From positions 62,001-126,000 of the IMG/VR virus record IMGVR_UViG_3300021335_000006: 64,000 bases of DNA; one strand, written 5' to 3'. Positions 21,161 to 29,844 of this stretch are shown in pieces (within the stretch, counting starts at the first letter, position 1; each line of letters begins with the position of its first letter). A program made the position numbers and the translations under genes. The notes below the pieces were generated by a model that was not told the DNA's origin, searched no databases, and worked only from the letters and a program-made list of their open reading frames with translations. Source of the stretch: an uncultured virus (IMG/VR IMGVR_UViG_3300021335_000006). Taxonomy: Duplodnaviria; Heunggongvirae; Uroviricota; Caudoviricetes.

Positions 21161-21706
21161 ATGTCTAAAAATTATGTAAATAACGCTGAGTTCCTTGAAG
21201 CGATAATCTCGTATAAAGAGGTTTGTAGAAAAGCAGAAAGCGAAGGAAAAAACAAGCCTCAGATTCCTAATTATATCGGAGATTGTATTTTACAGATCTC
21301 AAGAAGACTATCAAGCAAGCCTAATTTTGCTGGCTACTCGTATAAAGATGAGATGATCTCTGACGGCCTTGAAAACGCAGTACAAGCGCTCGACAACTTT
21401 GATCCAAACAAATCGAAGAATCCCTTTGCATACTTTACGCAAATTATCTGGTTCGCATTCCTTCGACGAATTGAAAAGGAAAAGAAGCAACTCTATATCA
21501 AACACAAAGTCATTGAGCATTCAATCATGACCGACAGTGTAGTCGATTCAGATGGATCTGATGATACATTTGACATGACGAATACTGAGTTTGCGAACGA
21601 CTACATGAACGATTTCGTAAAAACATACGAAAAGAAAATTGATGAAAAGAAAAAAGCACAAGCCAAGAATAAGAAGAGTGTAGACTTAAGTGAATTCATA
21701 GGATAG
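21161..21706 (+). CDS. gp55: Late-transcription sigma factor
   Basis: YVNNAEFL, KPNFAGYSYKDEMISDG and NPFAYFTQIIWFAFLRRIEKEKKQ motifs. Confidence 0.96.
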   Translation: MSKNYVNNAEFLEAIISYKEVCRKAESEGKNKPQIPNYIGDCILQISRRLSSKPNFAGYSYKDEMISDGLENAVQALDNFDPNKSKNPFAYFTQIIWFAFLRRIEKEKKQLYIKHKVIEHSIMTDSVVDSDGSDDTFDMTNTEFANDYMNDFVKTYEKKIDEKKKAQAKNKKSVDLSEFIG

Positions 21707-21714
21707 GAGTTTCT

Positions 21715-22785
21715 ATGCAGATTGCCATTCTAAATGACACACATTGGGGTGCTCGTAATGACTCTAAAGCCTTTGCCGATTACTTTCATCGATTCTATGA
21801 TGAGGTGTTCTTTCCTTATCTAATCGAAAACAATATCAAGACTATTTTTCACTTGGGAGATGTCTTTGATCGACGTAAGTATGTGAACTTTGTTACAGCC
21901 GCAAATTTTGAAAAGCATTTCATTCGTCCTTGTGCGGAGAACGATATCGAACTGTATATGATTGCTGGAAATCATGATACGTTCTATAAAAATACGAACG
22001 AAGTCAATAGCATTCGACAGCTATATCAAAACACAGCGTATGATAACATTCATCTATATTGGCAAGATCCTGTGGAGGTAGATTTAGACGGATGTAAAAT
22101 TCTGCTCTCTCCGTGGATTTGTGCAGATAATGAAGAGTCTACAATGAAAGCACTTGAAGACACGTCTGCTCAAGTTGTTATGGGACACTTTGAAATCGCT
22201 GGCTATGAAATGATGAGAGGTATGTTGTGCGAGCATGGCCTCAATAAAGATATCTTTAGAAAGTTTGACTCCGTTTATTCTGGTCACTTTCATCATCCGT
22301 CTTCTCATGGAAACATTACGTATCTGGGTGCTCAATATGAGATGACCTGGTCAGACTACGATCAAGTCCGTGGGTTTAGTGTTTTTGATACAGACACCCG
22401 TGAGATGAGCTACGTCAAGAATCCTCTCAAGATGTTTCATAAGCTATTCTATGACGATACAGACATGACGATGGAAGATGTTGCGGCTCTCGACTTTAAT
22501 GACTTGACAAACACGTATATAAAAGTTATAGTACAGACTAAGAGCAATCCATACTTTTTCGACATGTATTTGGATAAGATTCAAGAAGTAGGGCCTGCTG
22601 ATATTAAAGTAGTTGAAGATCACAAGAACTTGGACGGCATCGATGAAGACGAACTTGTTGATGAGGCTCAAGATACGTTAACTATCTTGAAGAACTATAT
22701 TGACAATATTGATGTGAACGGCAAGAAAGAAAAAATCGAAAAGCTTTTGGGTGAATTGTATCATGAGGCGATAAGCATCGAATGA
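21715..22785 (+). CDS. gp47: Recombination endonuclease subunit (Mre11-like)
   Basis: DTHWG, HLGDVFD, GNHD and SGHFH metallophosphoesterase motifs. Confidence 0.96.
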   Translation: MQIAILNDTHWGARNDSKAFADYFHRFYDEVFFPYLIENNIKTIFHLGDVFDRRKYVNFVTAANFEKHFIRPCAENDIELYMIAGNHDTFYKNTNEVNSIRQLYQNTAYDNIHLYWQDPVEVDLDGCKILLSPWICADNEESTMKALEDTSAQVVMGHFEIAGYEMMRGMLCEHGLNKDIFRKFDSVYSGHFHHPSSHGNITYLGAQYEMTWSDYDQVRGFSVFDTDTREMSYVKNPLKMFHKLFYDDTDMTMEDVAALDFNDLTNTYIKVIVQTKSNPYFFDMYLDKIQEVGPADIKVVEDHKNLDGIDEDELVDEAQDTLTILKNYIDNIDVNGKKEKIEKLLGELYHEAISIE

Positions 22786-23012
22786 GTAAAAAGTATATTC
22801 ATGTAAATCAGCATAAAATTCGTGCAAACAAAAAGCATGGAACTGATGAGCCTGTGATCACAATCAAAGAAGGCCGAAGTAACACATATTGTCATGAAGT
22901 CAAAATTCATGGTGAATCGGTAGTGCGATACGGAGGAAGCGACAAGCCTATTCTTTCGTGTGGTGCTCGTGTTGTTATTGAGACTGAAGCTGACATTGAG
23001 ATTATTAGATGA
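22782..23012 (+). CDS. Conserved hypothetical phage protein
   Basis: IHVNQHKIR...LSCGARV; ATGA overlaps on both sides. Confidence 0.75.
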   Translation: MSKKYIHVNQHKIRANKKHGTDEPVITIKEGRSNTYCHEVKIHGESVVRYGGSDKPILSCGARVVIETEADIEIIR

Positions 23013-24718
23013 TAGTATTCAAAACCGTTAGATGGAAGAATTTTCTATCTACAGGGAATGTATGGACGGAAGTCCAACTCAACAAGAATAAATCTACTCT
23101 TGTTGTGGGTGAGAACGGAGCGGGTAAGTCTACAATGCTAGACGCCATCTGCTTTGCTCTTTATGGCAAACCCTTTAGAAAGATCAACAAGCCTCAGTTG
23201 ATGAACAGCATCAACAAAAAGGGACTTGAGACCGAGATTGAATTTACTAACAAGGGTAAAACATATCTTGTTCGTCGTGGTATCAAGCCAGCGATCTTTG
23301 AAATTTACTGTGATGGAAAGCTACTTAATCAAGACGCTGCAGCCAGAGATTATCAAGCGTATCTTGAAGATACGATTCTGAAGCTCAGTTACAAGTCTTT
23401 TGGACAGGTCGTTGTACTTGGATCTTCTACGTTTATTCCTTTCATGCAACTAAGTGCAAAAGATCGACGTGAGGTCATTGAGGATCTTCTTGATATTCAA
23501 ATCTTCACTACGATGAACACGTTACTCAAAGAACATGTTTCTACAAACAAGAGTGGTATTGATGAAAACAAGTATCAGATTTCACTTGTAGAGAACAAGA
23601 TTGACTCCGCAAAAGATCACAACGAGTCTATTCGCAAGTTGCATGAAAATAAAATTGACGATCTAAAGGAAAAGATCAAAGAACAAGTGTCGCAGGTTGA
23701 GGAACAGCGGGAACTAGCCGATACAATCGATGTTGAGATACAGTCACTTCTAGGATCAATATCTGACAAGGATAGCATTAAGAAAAAGCTAAAGAATGCT
23801 CAAAACATTGATCAAGATCTAAAAAACAAGTTACGGACGTTGGTGAAAGATATCTCTTTCTATGAGAATCATGATGAATGTCCTACTTGTCAGCAAGACA
23901 TTGATTCAGACTTTAAAGAAAGTCATGTCGGTGTGCAAAATAAGAAGCGTATTGAACTCGAAAATGGCTTAGATTCTTTACAAGAAAAGTTAGACGAACT
24001 CAACAAGCGTATCGATGAGATATCAGATATTGAAGATGATATTAATAAAAAGCATTTGTTAATGAGAGAACATGTTGCGAATCAAAAATTTGCAATGAAC
24101 TCGCTAAAAGGAATAAAAAATGATTTGGAGTCAGCAGAAAAAGAGGCTGAAGAAATTGACACTACGACTATCGAAGCCATGCAGGACGAACTCAATGAAA
24201 AGATTGCAGAACAACAGGAGCTAATGGACAAGAGAGAAGTCTTGGCAATCGTTAGTACAATGCTCAAGGATGGTGGCATTAAGACAAGGATTATCAAGCA
24301 GTATGTTCCAATCATGAACAAACTGATAAATAAGTACCTTGCTGCGATGGACTTTTTTGTTCAGTTTGAACTTGATGAAAGCTTTAACGAAACAATTAAG
24401 AGTCGATTCCGTGACGAGTTTTCTTACGCTTCTTTTTCTGAGGGTGAAAAACTTAGAATTGATCTGTCTTTGATGTTTACTTGGAGAGCGGTGTCTAAAT
24501 TGAGAAACTCAGTAAGTACGAATCTACTAGTTATGGATGAGATCATGGATTCATCGCTGGATAGCTCTGGAACAGATGAATTCCTAAAGATCATTAATGA
24601 GTTGACAGCAGACTCTAATGTGTTTATAATTAGCCACAAGAGTGAACAACTTTATGAAAAATTTGAAAACACCCTTCGCTTTGAGAAGGTCAAGAACTTT
24701 AGTAGGTTAGTAGCATGA
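23009..24718 (+). CDS. gp46: Recombination ATPase subunit (Rad50-like)
   Basis: GENGAGKS Walker A, CPTC zinc hook, FSEGEK signature, LVMDE Walker B. Confidence 0.97.
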   Translation: MIVFKTVRWKNFLSTGNVWTEVQLNKNKSTLVVGENGAGKSTMLDAICFALYGKPFRKINKPQLMNSINKKGLETEIEFTNKGKTYLVRRGIKPAIFEIYCDGKLLNQDAAARDYQAYLEDTILKLSYKSFGQVVVLGSSTFIPFMQLSAKDRREVIEDLLDIQIFTTMNTLLKEHVSTNKSGIDENKYQISLVENKIDSAKDHNESIRKLHENKIDDLKEKIKEQVSQVEEQRELADTIDVEIQSLLGSISDKDSIKKKLKNAQNIDQDLKNKLRTLVKDISFYENHDECPTCQQDIDSDFKESHVGVQNKKRIELENGLDSLQEKLDELNKRIDEISDIEDDINKKHLLMREHVANQKFAMNSLKGIKNDLESAEKEAEEIDTTTIEAMQDELNEKIAEQQELMDKREVLAIVSTMLKDGGIKTRIIKQYVPIMNKLINKYLAAMDFFVQFELDESFNETIKSRFRDEFSYASFSEGEKLRIDLSLMFTWRAVSKLRNSVSTNLLVMDEIMDSSLDSSGTDEFLKIINELTADSNVFIISHKSEQLYEKFENTLRFEKVKNFSRLVA

Positions 24719-25932
24719 ATGAATACAAGCCATATACAGTCGAGGATGTAATCAATGCGTCTAACGAAAATAGATTTAGTGTCATTAGTTGTTTTGCTGG
24801 CGGCGGTGGGAGTAGCACTGGATATCGTCTCGCTGGTGGAAAAGTTCTTTTAATCAACGAGTTTGTTGAAGAAGCGATTGCGTCATACAAGCAAAACTAT
24901 ACTGACACGAAAATCCTAGTTGATGATATTAAGAAGTATACTGGAGAAGATTTTCTTTCTCTTGCAAATATTAAAAAGGGTGAGCTTGATATCCTAGATG
25001 GATCGCCTCCTTGTTCTGCGTTTTCTGTTTCGGGTAAGCGTGAGAAAGGCTGGGCTGGTTACGTAAAAGACACACGCAAGTCTTACTTCGATGAGAATGG
25101 AGACATTGTTCACGAAGGTGAGATAGTCGTACAGGATGGAGTAAAGAAATACTCAGACAACAAGGTTCAAGAAGGTATTGAAGATCTGTTTTTAGAGTTT
25201 GTTCGGATTGCAAAAGATATTCAGCCAAAAGTGATCATCGCTGAGAACGTTAAGGGAATCACTATGGGCGAAGCAAAAGGTAAGCTTGTTGAGTTTATCA
25301 ATGCATTTGAAGAAATTGGATACGAGGTTACGTATCAAGTGATGAATGCGGCTGATTATGGCACAGCACAGAATCGTGAGCGCACCATCTTTGTTTGTAT
25401 TCGACAAGATGTATTTGATTCAATTGATATGAATGTGCTAACGATGAATCGAGTGTTTCCAGAGAGAACCTCTGATAAGATTCCTATGGAAAGCGCACTA
25501 TCTGGTATTGAAAATGATCCAGAAGAGATCCAAATGTTGCTCGACTACGTACAAAGAACCTATCAGAAAAAGTTTATCGAGAACTTACCATTTCGACCAC
25601 ATAAGACACTGAACCCAAGTCAGCCTGAGTTCGCTGATTGGAATCCAACAGGATCGTGTTTTAATATGAAACGGCCTTCTCCCTATCATCCTTGTCCAAC
25701 ACTAACTCAGTTAGGTCAACAGATGACTACTTCCGGAGTGTTTCACTATGATTATAATCGTAAGTTTACGATACCAGAACTCAAGAGATTGATGGGATTG
25801 CCCGAGGACTATCAACTGACGGGAACCTTCAATCAGAAAGCGGAGCGAATTGGTCGAATGGTTGCTCCTAAGATGATGGCTGAACTTGCAAAGTCCGTCT
25901 ATGAAAATGTGATAAAGCCTTACAATGCTTAG
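24715..25932 (+). CDS. C5-cytosine DNA methyltransferase family, predicted carboxymethyltransferase
   Basis: Motif I FAGGGG, IV GSPPC, VI ENV, VIII QNRER, IX RLMGLP; motif X reads IGRMV instead of GN(A/S)V. Confidence 0.92.
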   Translation: MNEYKPYTVEDVINASNENRFSVISCFAGGGGSSTGYRLAGGKVLLINEFVEEAIASYKQNYTDTKILVDDIKKYTGEDFLSLANIKKGELDILDGSPPCSAFSVSGKREKGWAGYVKDTRKSYFDENGDIVHEGEIVVQDGVKKYSDNKVQEGIEDLFLEFVRIAKDIQPKVIIAENVKGITMGEAKGKLVEFINAFEEIGYEVTYQVMNAADYGTAQNRERTIFVCIRQDVFDSIDMNVLTMNRVFPERTSDKIPMESALSGIENDPEEIQMLLDYVQRTYQKKFIENLPFRPHKTLNPSQPEFADWNPTGSCFNMKRPSPYHPCPTLTQLGQQMTTSGVFHYDYNRKFTIPELKRLMGLPEDYQLTGTFNQKAERIGRMVAPKMMAELAKSVYENVIKPYNA

Positions 25933-26467
25933 TCAACGAATACGAGAGCATAATGGCGAAAACTGCTATGATGATTCTTATCAGAGAGACGCATTAGTAA
26001 ATCTGATTCACACAGATAATGAATTTCGAGAGTACATAAAAGCGCAGTTTAATATCACGGATGAAGCAAACACTAAGATATGCAAAGACCCGCTTGGCGA
26101 TTACAAAGTAGATCTCGGCGTGAAGCAAAATGGTGAGTTGATCGGTCTGATAGAAGTCGATTACTATATCAAGTGGGATCCCGACTGGCCTGAGAACTAT
26201 CGATGGTGTCACGCACTCGCAAGAAAGATTAAGTACTGGAAAGAAGAGGGACTACCCTACATAGGTTGTACACTTAACAAGCAAGGTGATAAAGCGCTCG
26301 TGAGTACAGATGAAATGCAAAGAAAGTATATGTGGACAATGAAGCGAAAGAAAGTTTATCTCAATAATGAATGGATAGACGATAAGTTTATAGAGATACC
26401 CTTACGAGTAGCAAAGAAGTTTGGTAACTGGACAGATGATGAACTGAGGAGAGTGAACAATGCCTGA
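25925..26467 (+). CDS. Hypothetical protein, possible PD-(D/E)xK-like nuclease
   Basis: YKVDLGV...LIEVDYYIKW resembles the D...E-x-(D/K) core; overlaps both neighbours. Confidence 0.5.
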   Translation: MLSQRIREHNGENCYDDSYQRDALVNLIHTDNEFREYIKAQFNITDEANTKICKDPLGDYKVDLGVKQNGELIGLIEVDYYIKWDPDWPENYRWCHALARKIKYWKEEGLPYIGCTLNKQGDKALVSTDEMQRKYMWTMKRKKVYLNNEWIDDKFIEIPLRVAKKFGNWTDDELRRVNNA

Positions 26468-27167
26468 TTTTACCTTTGCACATAGAGACGAAGGATTCGA
26501 TGATCATATCGACAAATCTATTCGTGGCTATAGTGTTTTACATGATGATATAGTGAATCTTAGTAGATACTTTGTTGAAGACGATACAAACGTAATTGAT
26601 CTTGGTTGTTCAACAGGCAAGACTATTCATGCGATGATGAGACAAAACAACGAATTTGCTCCCAACGCAACATACGTGGGAATTGAGTATGCTGATGGAT
26701 TTATTCCTGCTCTCGACGAACGTGAAAAGCAAATGCGTGAAGAGTTTGGTGGTGTCGAAGGAAAGGTTGAGTTTCATATTGGCGACATTCGCAACTATGA
26801 TTTTGTGAATGCAAATCTAATCACTTCGATCTTCACCCTACAATTCATGCCCCCCACATCTCGTCGTGATGTACTCAAGAAGATTTACAATTCACTGAAC
26901 AAGAATGGTGCGTTTATCTTTGCTGAGAAAACGGTTGCTCAAGATCCAAGACTACAAGAAATGATGACGTTTACATATTACGATTACAAGCGGGAAAACT
27001 TCTCAGACAAAGACATTTTGGACAAAGAACAAACTCTTCGAAATATGTTGAAGCCAATGACATGGAAAGAAATACAATCTGCTCTCGCTACGGCGGGATT
27101 TGGGTTTGACAAAATTCAACCGTTCTGGCAGAATCATTTATTTGTCGGAGCTATTGCCATCAAGTGA
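26460..27167 (+). CDS. cmoA: CmoA-like carboxy-S-adenosylmethionine synthase
   Basis: DLGCSTG, GDIR, FTLQF, LKKIYNSL..NGAFIFAEK, YDYKRE and AGF..W-Q..F are colinear with E. coli CmoA as I recall it (DLGCSLG, GDIR, NFTLQF, LDKIYQGL..GGALVLSEK, HDFKRA). Confidence 0.85.
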   Translation: MPDFTFAHRDEGFDDHIDKSIRGYSVLHDDIVNLSRYFVEDDTNVIDLGCSTGKTIHAMMRQNNEFAPNATYVGIEYADGFIPALDEREKQMREEFGGVEGKVEFHIGDIRNYDFVNANLITSIFTLQFMPPTSRRDVLKKIYNSLNKNGAFIFAEKTVAQDPRLQEMMTFTYYDYKRENFSDKDILDKEQTLRNMLKPMTWKEIQSALATAGFGFDKIQPFWQNHLFVGAIAIK

Positions 27168-27215
27168 TTTTTGTGATAAACTCTCTTTTAAATCTTGAAA
27201 AAAGGATTATATCTT

Positions 27216-27866
27216 ATGCAATTTAGTGACAATACAATTTCAGTACTTAAAAATTTCTCTCAGATCAATCCCAGTATTATGTTTCGATCTGGAAGTGTCT
27301 TGAGAACTATCTCGCCCCAGAAGACAGTCATGGCTGCAGCCGAAATCGACGAATCATTCGAGAAGTCAGTCGGCGTATACAATCTCGGTCGTTTTCTGGC
27401 AACCCTTTCCTTGTTTGATGAGCCGGAGATTGCACTTGAGGAAACTCAGTTTGTCATCGGTGATGCGAAGAGTACTGTTAAGTATACGTACACTTCAGAG
27501 AACATGATTGTTTCTCCACCCGATAAGGATATTAATGTTCCTGATATTGTTGCTGACATCAACATCACTTGGGAAGAAATCAAGAAGGTTCGAGACGCTG
27601 CAGCTGTCCTTGGACTTCCTGAGATTTCTTTCTCTAGTTCTGGTCGAGGTGTCTTACTTTCAGCCGTCGATAGCAAAAACTCTACAGCGGATACTTTCAG
27701 CATTATCTCCGCACCCGACGAAACGTTTGAGCCATTTGATATGATTATCAAAACAGACTATCTCAAACTGCTGGAGCAAGACTACCAGGTAGCCCTTTCG
27801 ACCAAGGGAATGGCACACTTCCGTTCTAATGGAGTCAACTACTGGATCGCAATCGAATCTCGGTAG
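27216..27866 (+). CDS. gp45: DNA polymerase sliding clamp
   Basis: MQFSDNTISVLKNFSQINPSI, YNLGRFL and NYWIAIE; ATG at 27216. Confidence 0.94.
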   Translation: MQFSDNTISVLKNFSQINPSIMFRSGSVLRTISPQKTVMAAAEIDESFEKSVGVYNLGRFLATLSLFDEPEIALEETQFVIGDAKSTVKYTYTSENMIVSPPDKDINVPDIVADINITWEEIKKVRDAAAVLGLPEISFSSSGRGVLLSAVDSKNSTADTFSIISAPDETFEPFDMIIKTDYLKLLEQDYQVALSTKGMAHFRSNGVNYWIAIESR

Positions 27867-27868
27867 CC

Positions 27869-27897
27869 TTGACTACTAGCTTTTCTTATGCTAGAAT
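27869..27897 (+). promoter_or_regulatory. Sigma70-type promoter
   Basis: TTGACT-N17-TAGAAT with extended TG. Confidence 0.65.
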
Positions 27898-27924
27898 TGT
27901 GTCATTAATCTGCGGAGGATAGAT

Positions 27925-28224
27925 ATGGGAATGCTCTATGGTTCTATGCGTCATACATCAACAGGACGCAAGAAGAAAACTAATCACTGGAAAACTGCTC
28001 GGAAAACTAAAGCCCCGTTCGTAGAACTGAAAGCTGAACCAGTGTACTATAGAGAAACACCATACTATCCTTCAGCAGATTCCAAATCTTCCCACGAGGA
28101 ATATTCCTCGCTTTCTCGTGAAGAAAAACTTGAGATTAGCTCCGGCTATACTGTAGCTCCCGCTTACAACAAGGGAGCGTATCAAGTTATATCCAAAGAG
28201 AATATAGAACACATAGGCAAATAA
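27925..28224 (+). CDS. Conserved hypothetical phage protein
   Basis: APAYNKGAYQVI motif; GGAGG SD. Confidence 0.75.
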   Translation: MGMLYGSMRHTSTGRKKKTNHWKTARKTKAPFVELKAEPVYYRETPYYPSADSKSSHEEYSSLSREEKLEISSGYTVAPAYNKGAYQVISKENIEHIGK

Positions 28225-28260
28225 CAAAAAAGTCTAAAAAATGTTCAATATTTTCACTCC

Positions 28261-28311
28261 TAAGTCATTGATTTTATTAAGAAATAAAACACGTTATAAA
28301 TCAATAGCTTA
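28261..28311. promoter_or_regulatory. Inverted pair of IHF-consensus sites
   Basis: 28261-28273 reverse complement = AATCAATGACTTA; 28299-28311 = AATCAATAGCTTA. Both fit WATCAANNNNTTR. Confidence 0.55.
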
Positions 28312-28315
28312 CAGC

Positions 28316-28344
28316 TTGCAAATTACCCCAATCTATGAGATAAT
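28316..28344 (+). promoter_or_regulatory. Early sigma70-type promoter
   Basis: TTGCAA-N17-GATAAT with extended TG and an AT-rich upstream region. Confidence 0.6.
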
Positions 28345-28373
28345 TACTCCGTAATTTGAGATGAGAGATTGAT

Positions 28374-28637
28374 ATGCAAGATTCAGTGATCGGTCGTCAA
28401 GTAGAAGCGGACTGGGGTGCGATGATCCCACCTTCTGTTGGCGTCATTGCGGGAACACGTGTGTGCCCCGGCGTGTGGGAGCGTCAAGTTCTGATTAACT
28501 GGGATGACGATTCGTCTGACTGGTACAACATCAAAGAAATCCGTATGCCCGGCTGGCGCTCGGTAAACGGATCTCCCATTGGATTGTACTGGAAAATGTC
28601 CGAGACTTGGATGGAATCATTTGGAGAGGTGAAGTAA
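28374..28637 (+). CDS. Hypothetical early protein
   Basis: 87-aa ORF after the early promoter; GSPIGLY motif. Confidence 0.7.
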   Translation: MQDSVIGRQVEADWGAMIPPSVGVIAGTRVCPGVWERQVLINWDDDSSDWYNIKEIRMPGWRSVNGSPIGLYWKMSETWMESFGEVK

Positions 28638-28638
28638 T

Positions 28639-28989
28639 ATGGCTTATATGAATCAAGAGCGAAAAGCAGAACGTGCACCCAAGATCAAAGCGATCTTGAA
28701 AGAGTACGGTCAGAAGGGCAGCCTGAGCGTTCGACATCACTCTACACTCGTCCTCAAGCTGAAGGATGTTGCTGGAATGTTTGAGTTCAAAGATGAATAT
28801 CAGAAAAGATGGGGCATTTCAATCAACCCTTATCATTTTCAAAATCAGTATGACTGTCCTAAAGTTGTTGAGATGCTGAAGAAGTTGACGGCTGCTATGT
28901 ACGGTGATGACTACTTCGATGAGAGCGACTCGATGATTGACTACTTTCACTGTAGTCACTACATCGACATTGATGTTTTACCTGCTTAG
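28639..28989 (+). CDS. Conserved hypothetical early protein
   Basis: MAYMNQERK...SVRHHSTL...DSMIDYFH; GAGG SD. Confidence 0.8.
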   Translation: MAYMNQERKAERAPKIKAILKEYGQKGSLSVRHHSTLVLKLKDVAGMFEFKDEYQKRWGISINPYHFQNQYDCPKVVEMLKKLTAAMYGDDYFDESDSMIDYFHCSHYIDIDVLPA

Positions 28990-28997
28990 GAGGTGCT

Positions 28998-29300
28998 ATG
29001 CTAAAGTTTGAAAATGTTGCTGAGATTGGCGATCTGATTCGTGCTTACGACTTTGAGCCAATACCTGATCGTCCTGACACTTATGTCAGTGGTTGGGTTG
29101 AGAAGAAAGGTCCGATCTTTGTTGAGATTGAAGAAGGTCGTGAAGTCTACATCTGTGATGGTTACACCATCCACTGTCAGTATGACACCAACGGTAGTCG
29201 TGAAGGTGTCAAGATTCACGTTCCGTTTGAGATGGGTTTCACTGACTTTGACGGTCGTGTCGAGAATCTAACTAAAGAAGTGCGTAAGGAGCCTTTGTAA
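28998..29300 (+). CDS. Hypothetical early protein
   Basis: GDLIRAYDF...DFDGRV; AGGAGG SD. Confidence 0.75.
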   Translation: MLKFENVAEIGDLIRAYDFEPIPDRPDTYVSGWVEKKGPIFVEIEEGREVYICDGYTIHCQYDTNGSREGVKIHVPFEMGFTDFDGRVENLTKEVRKEPL

Positions 29301-29515
29301 TGATCCGTAAAAAGCAGATCAATTCCCCAATCGTCATTGATCTGACGGGGCCAAATGGAAATGCTTTTGTACTGATTCAGTGTGCTAGGGATCTTAGTCA
29401 TAAGCTGGGTCTCGACTTTACACCCATTCGAGAAGAGATGATGGATGGTGATTATGATCATCTCATCTCAGTTTTTGATTCATACTTTGGGGATTTTGTG
29501 ATTCTCGAAGTTTAA
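29300..29515 (+). CDS. Conserved hypothetical protein
   Basis: IDLTGPNGNAF...GDYDHL; TAATG coupling. Confidence 0.8.
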   Translation: MIRKKQINSPIVIDLTGPNGNAFVLIQCARDLSHKLGLDFTPIREEMMDGDYDHLISVFDSYFGDFVILEV

Positions 29516-29607
29516 GTTTTGATGGAATGATGTACTTTCGAAAATTGCTACTAATTGCTATGTGGTGCGAGTTCCATCCTTTTTATTCTTGACAATAGGA
29601 GTAGTTT

Positions 29608-29844
29608 ATGGATATACTATGGTATGACGCTGAAGCTTTAAACGGCAAGGGAATGCCGGGAGAGTATTCTTCCTCTGAAGAGCAAAATCTCGGACCGAGC
29701 AATGCACGAGAGTGTCCCTGCATTCCTTGTGAGCGAAGCGCTGAATGTAAAGCAAACCTTTTATCGTGCGATGCGTTTCGAAAGTGGTGTAACACTGGAA
29801 ACTATTCGGACGATAGTTTAATGATAAAGTTGAAGAGCATATGA
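29608..29844 (+). CDS. Hypothetical Cys-rich protein
   Basis: CPCIPC...C...C...C; AGGAG SD. Confidence 0.6.
   Translation: MDILWYDAEALNGKGMPGEYSSSEEQNLGPSNARECPCIPCERSAECKANLLSCDAFRKWCNTGNYSDDSLMIKLKSI

Noticed and set aside
26460..27167. CmoA as a tRNA-modification auxiliary gene
   Set aside because: No cmoB or tRNA genes in the window; coupling to a motif-X-variant DNA MTase favours DNA modification. Not fully excluded.
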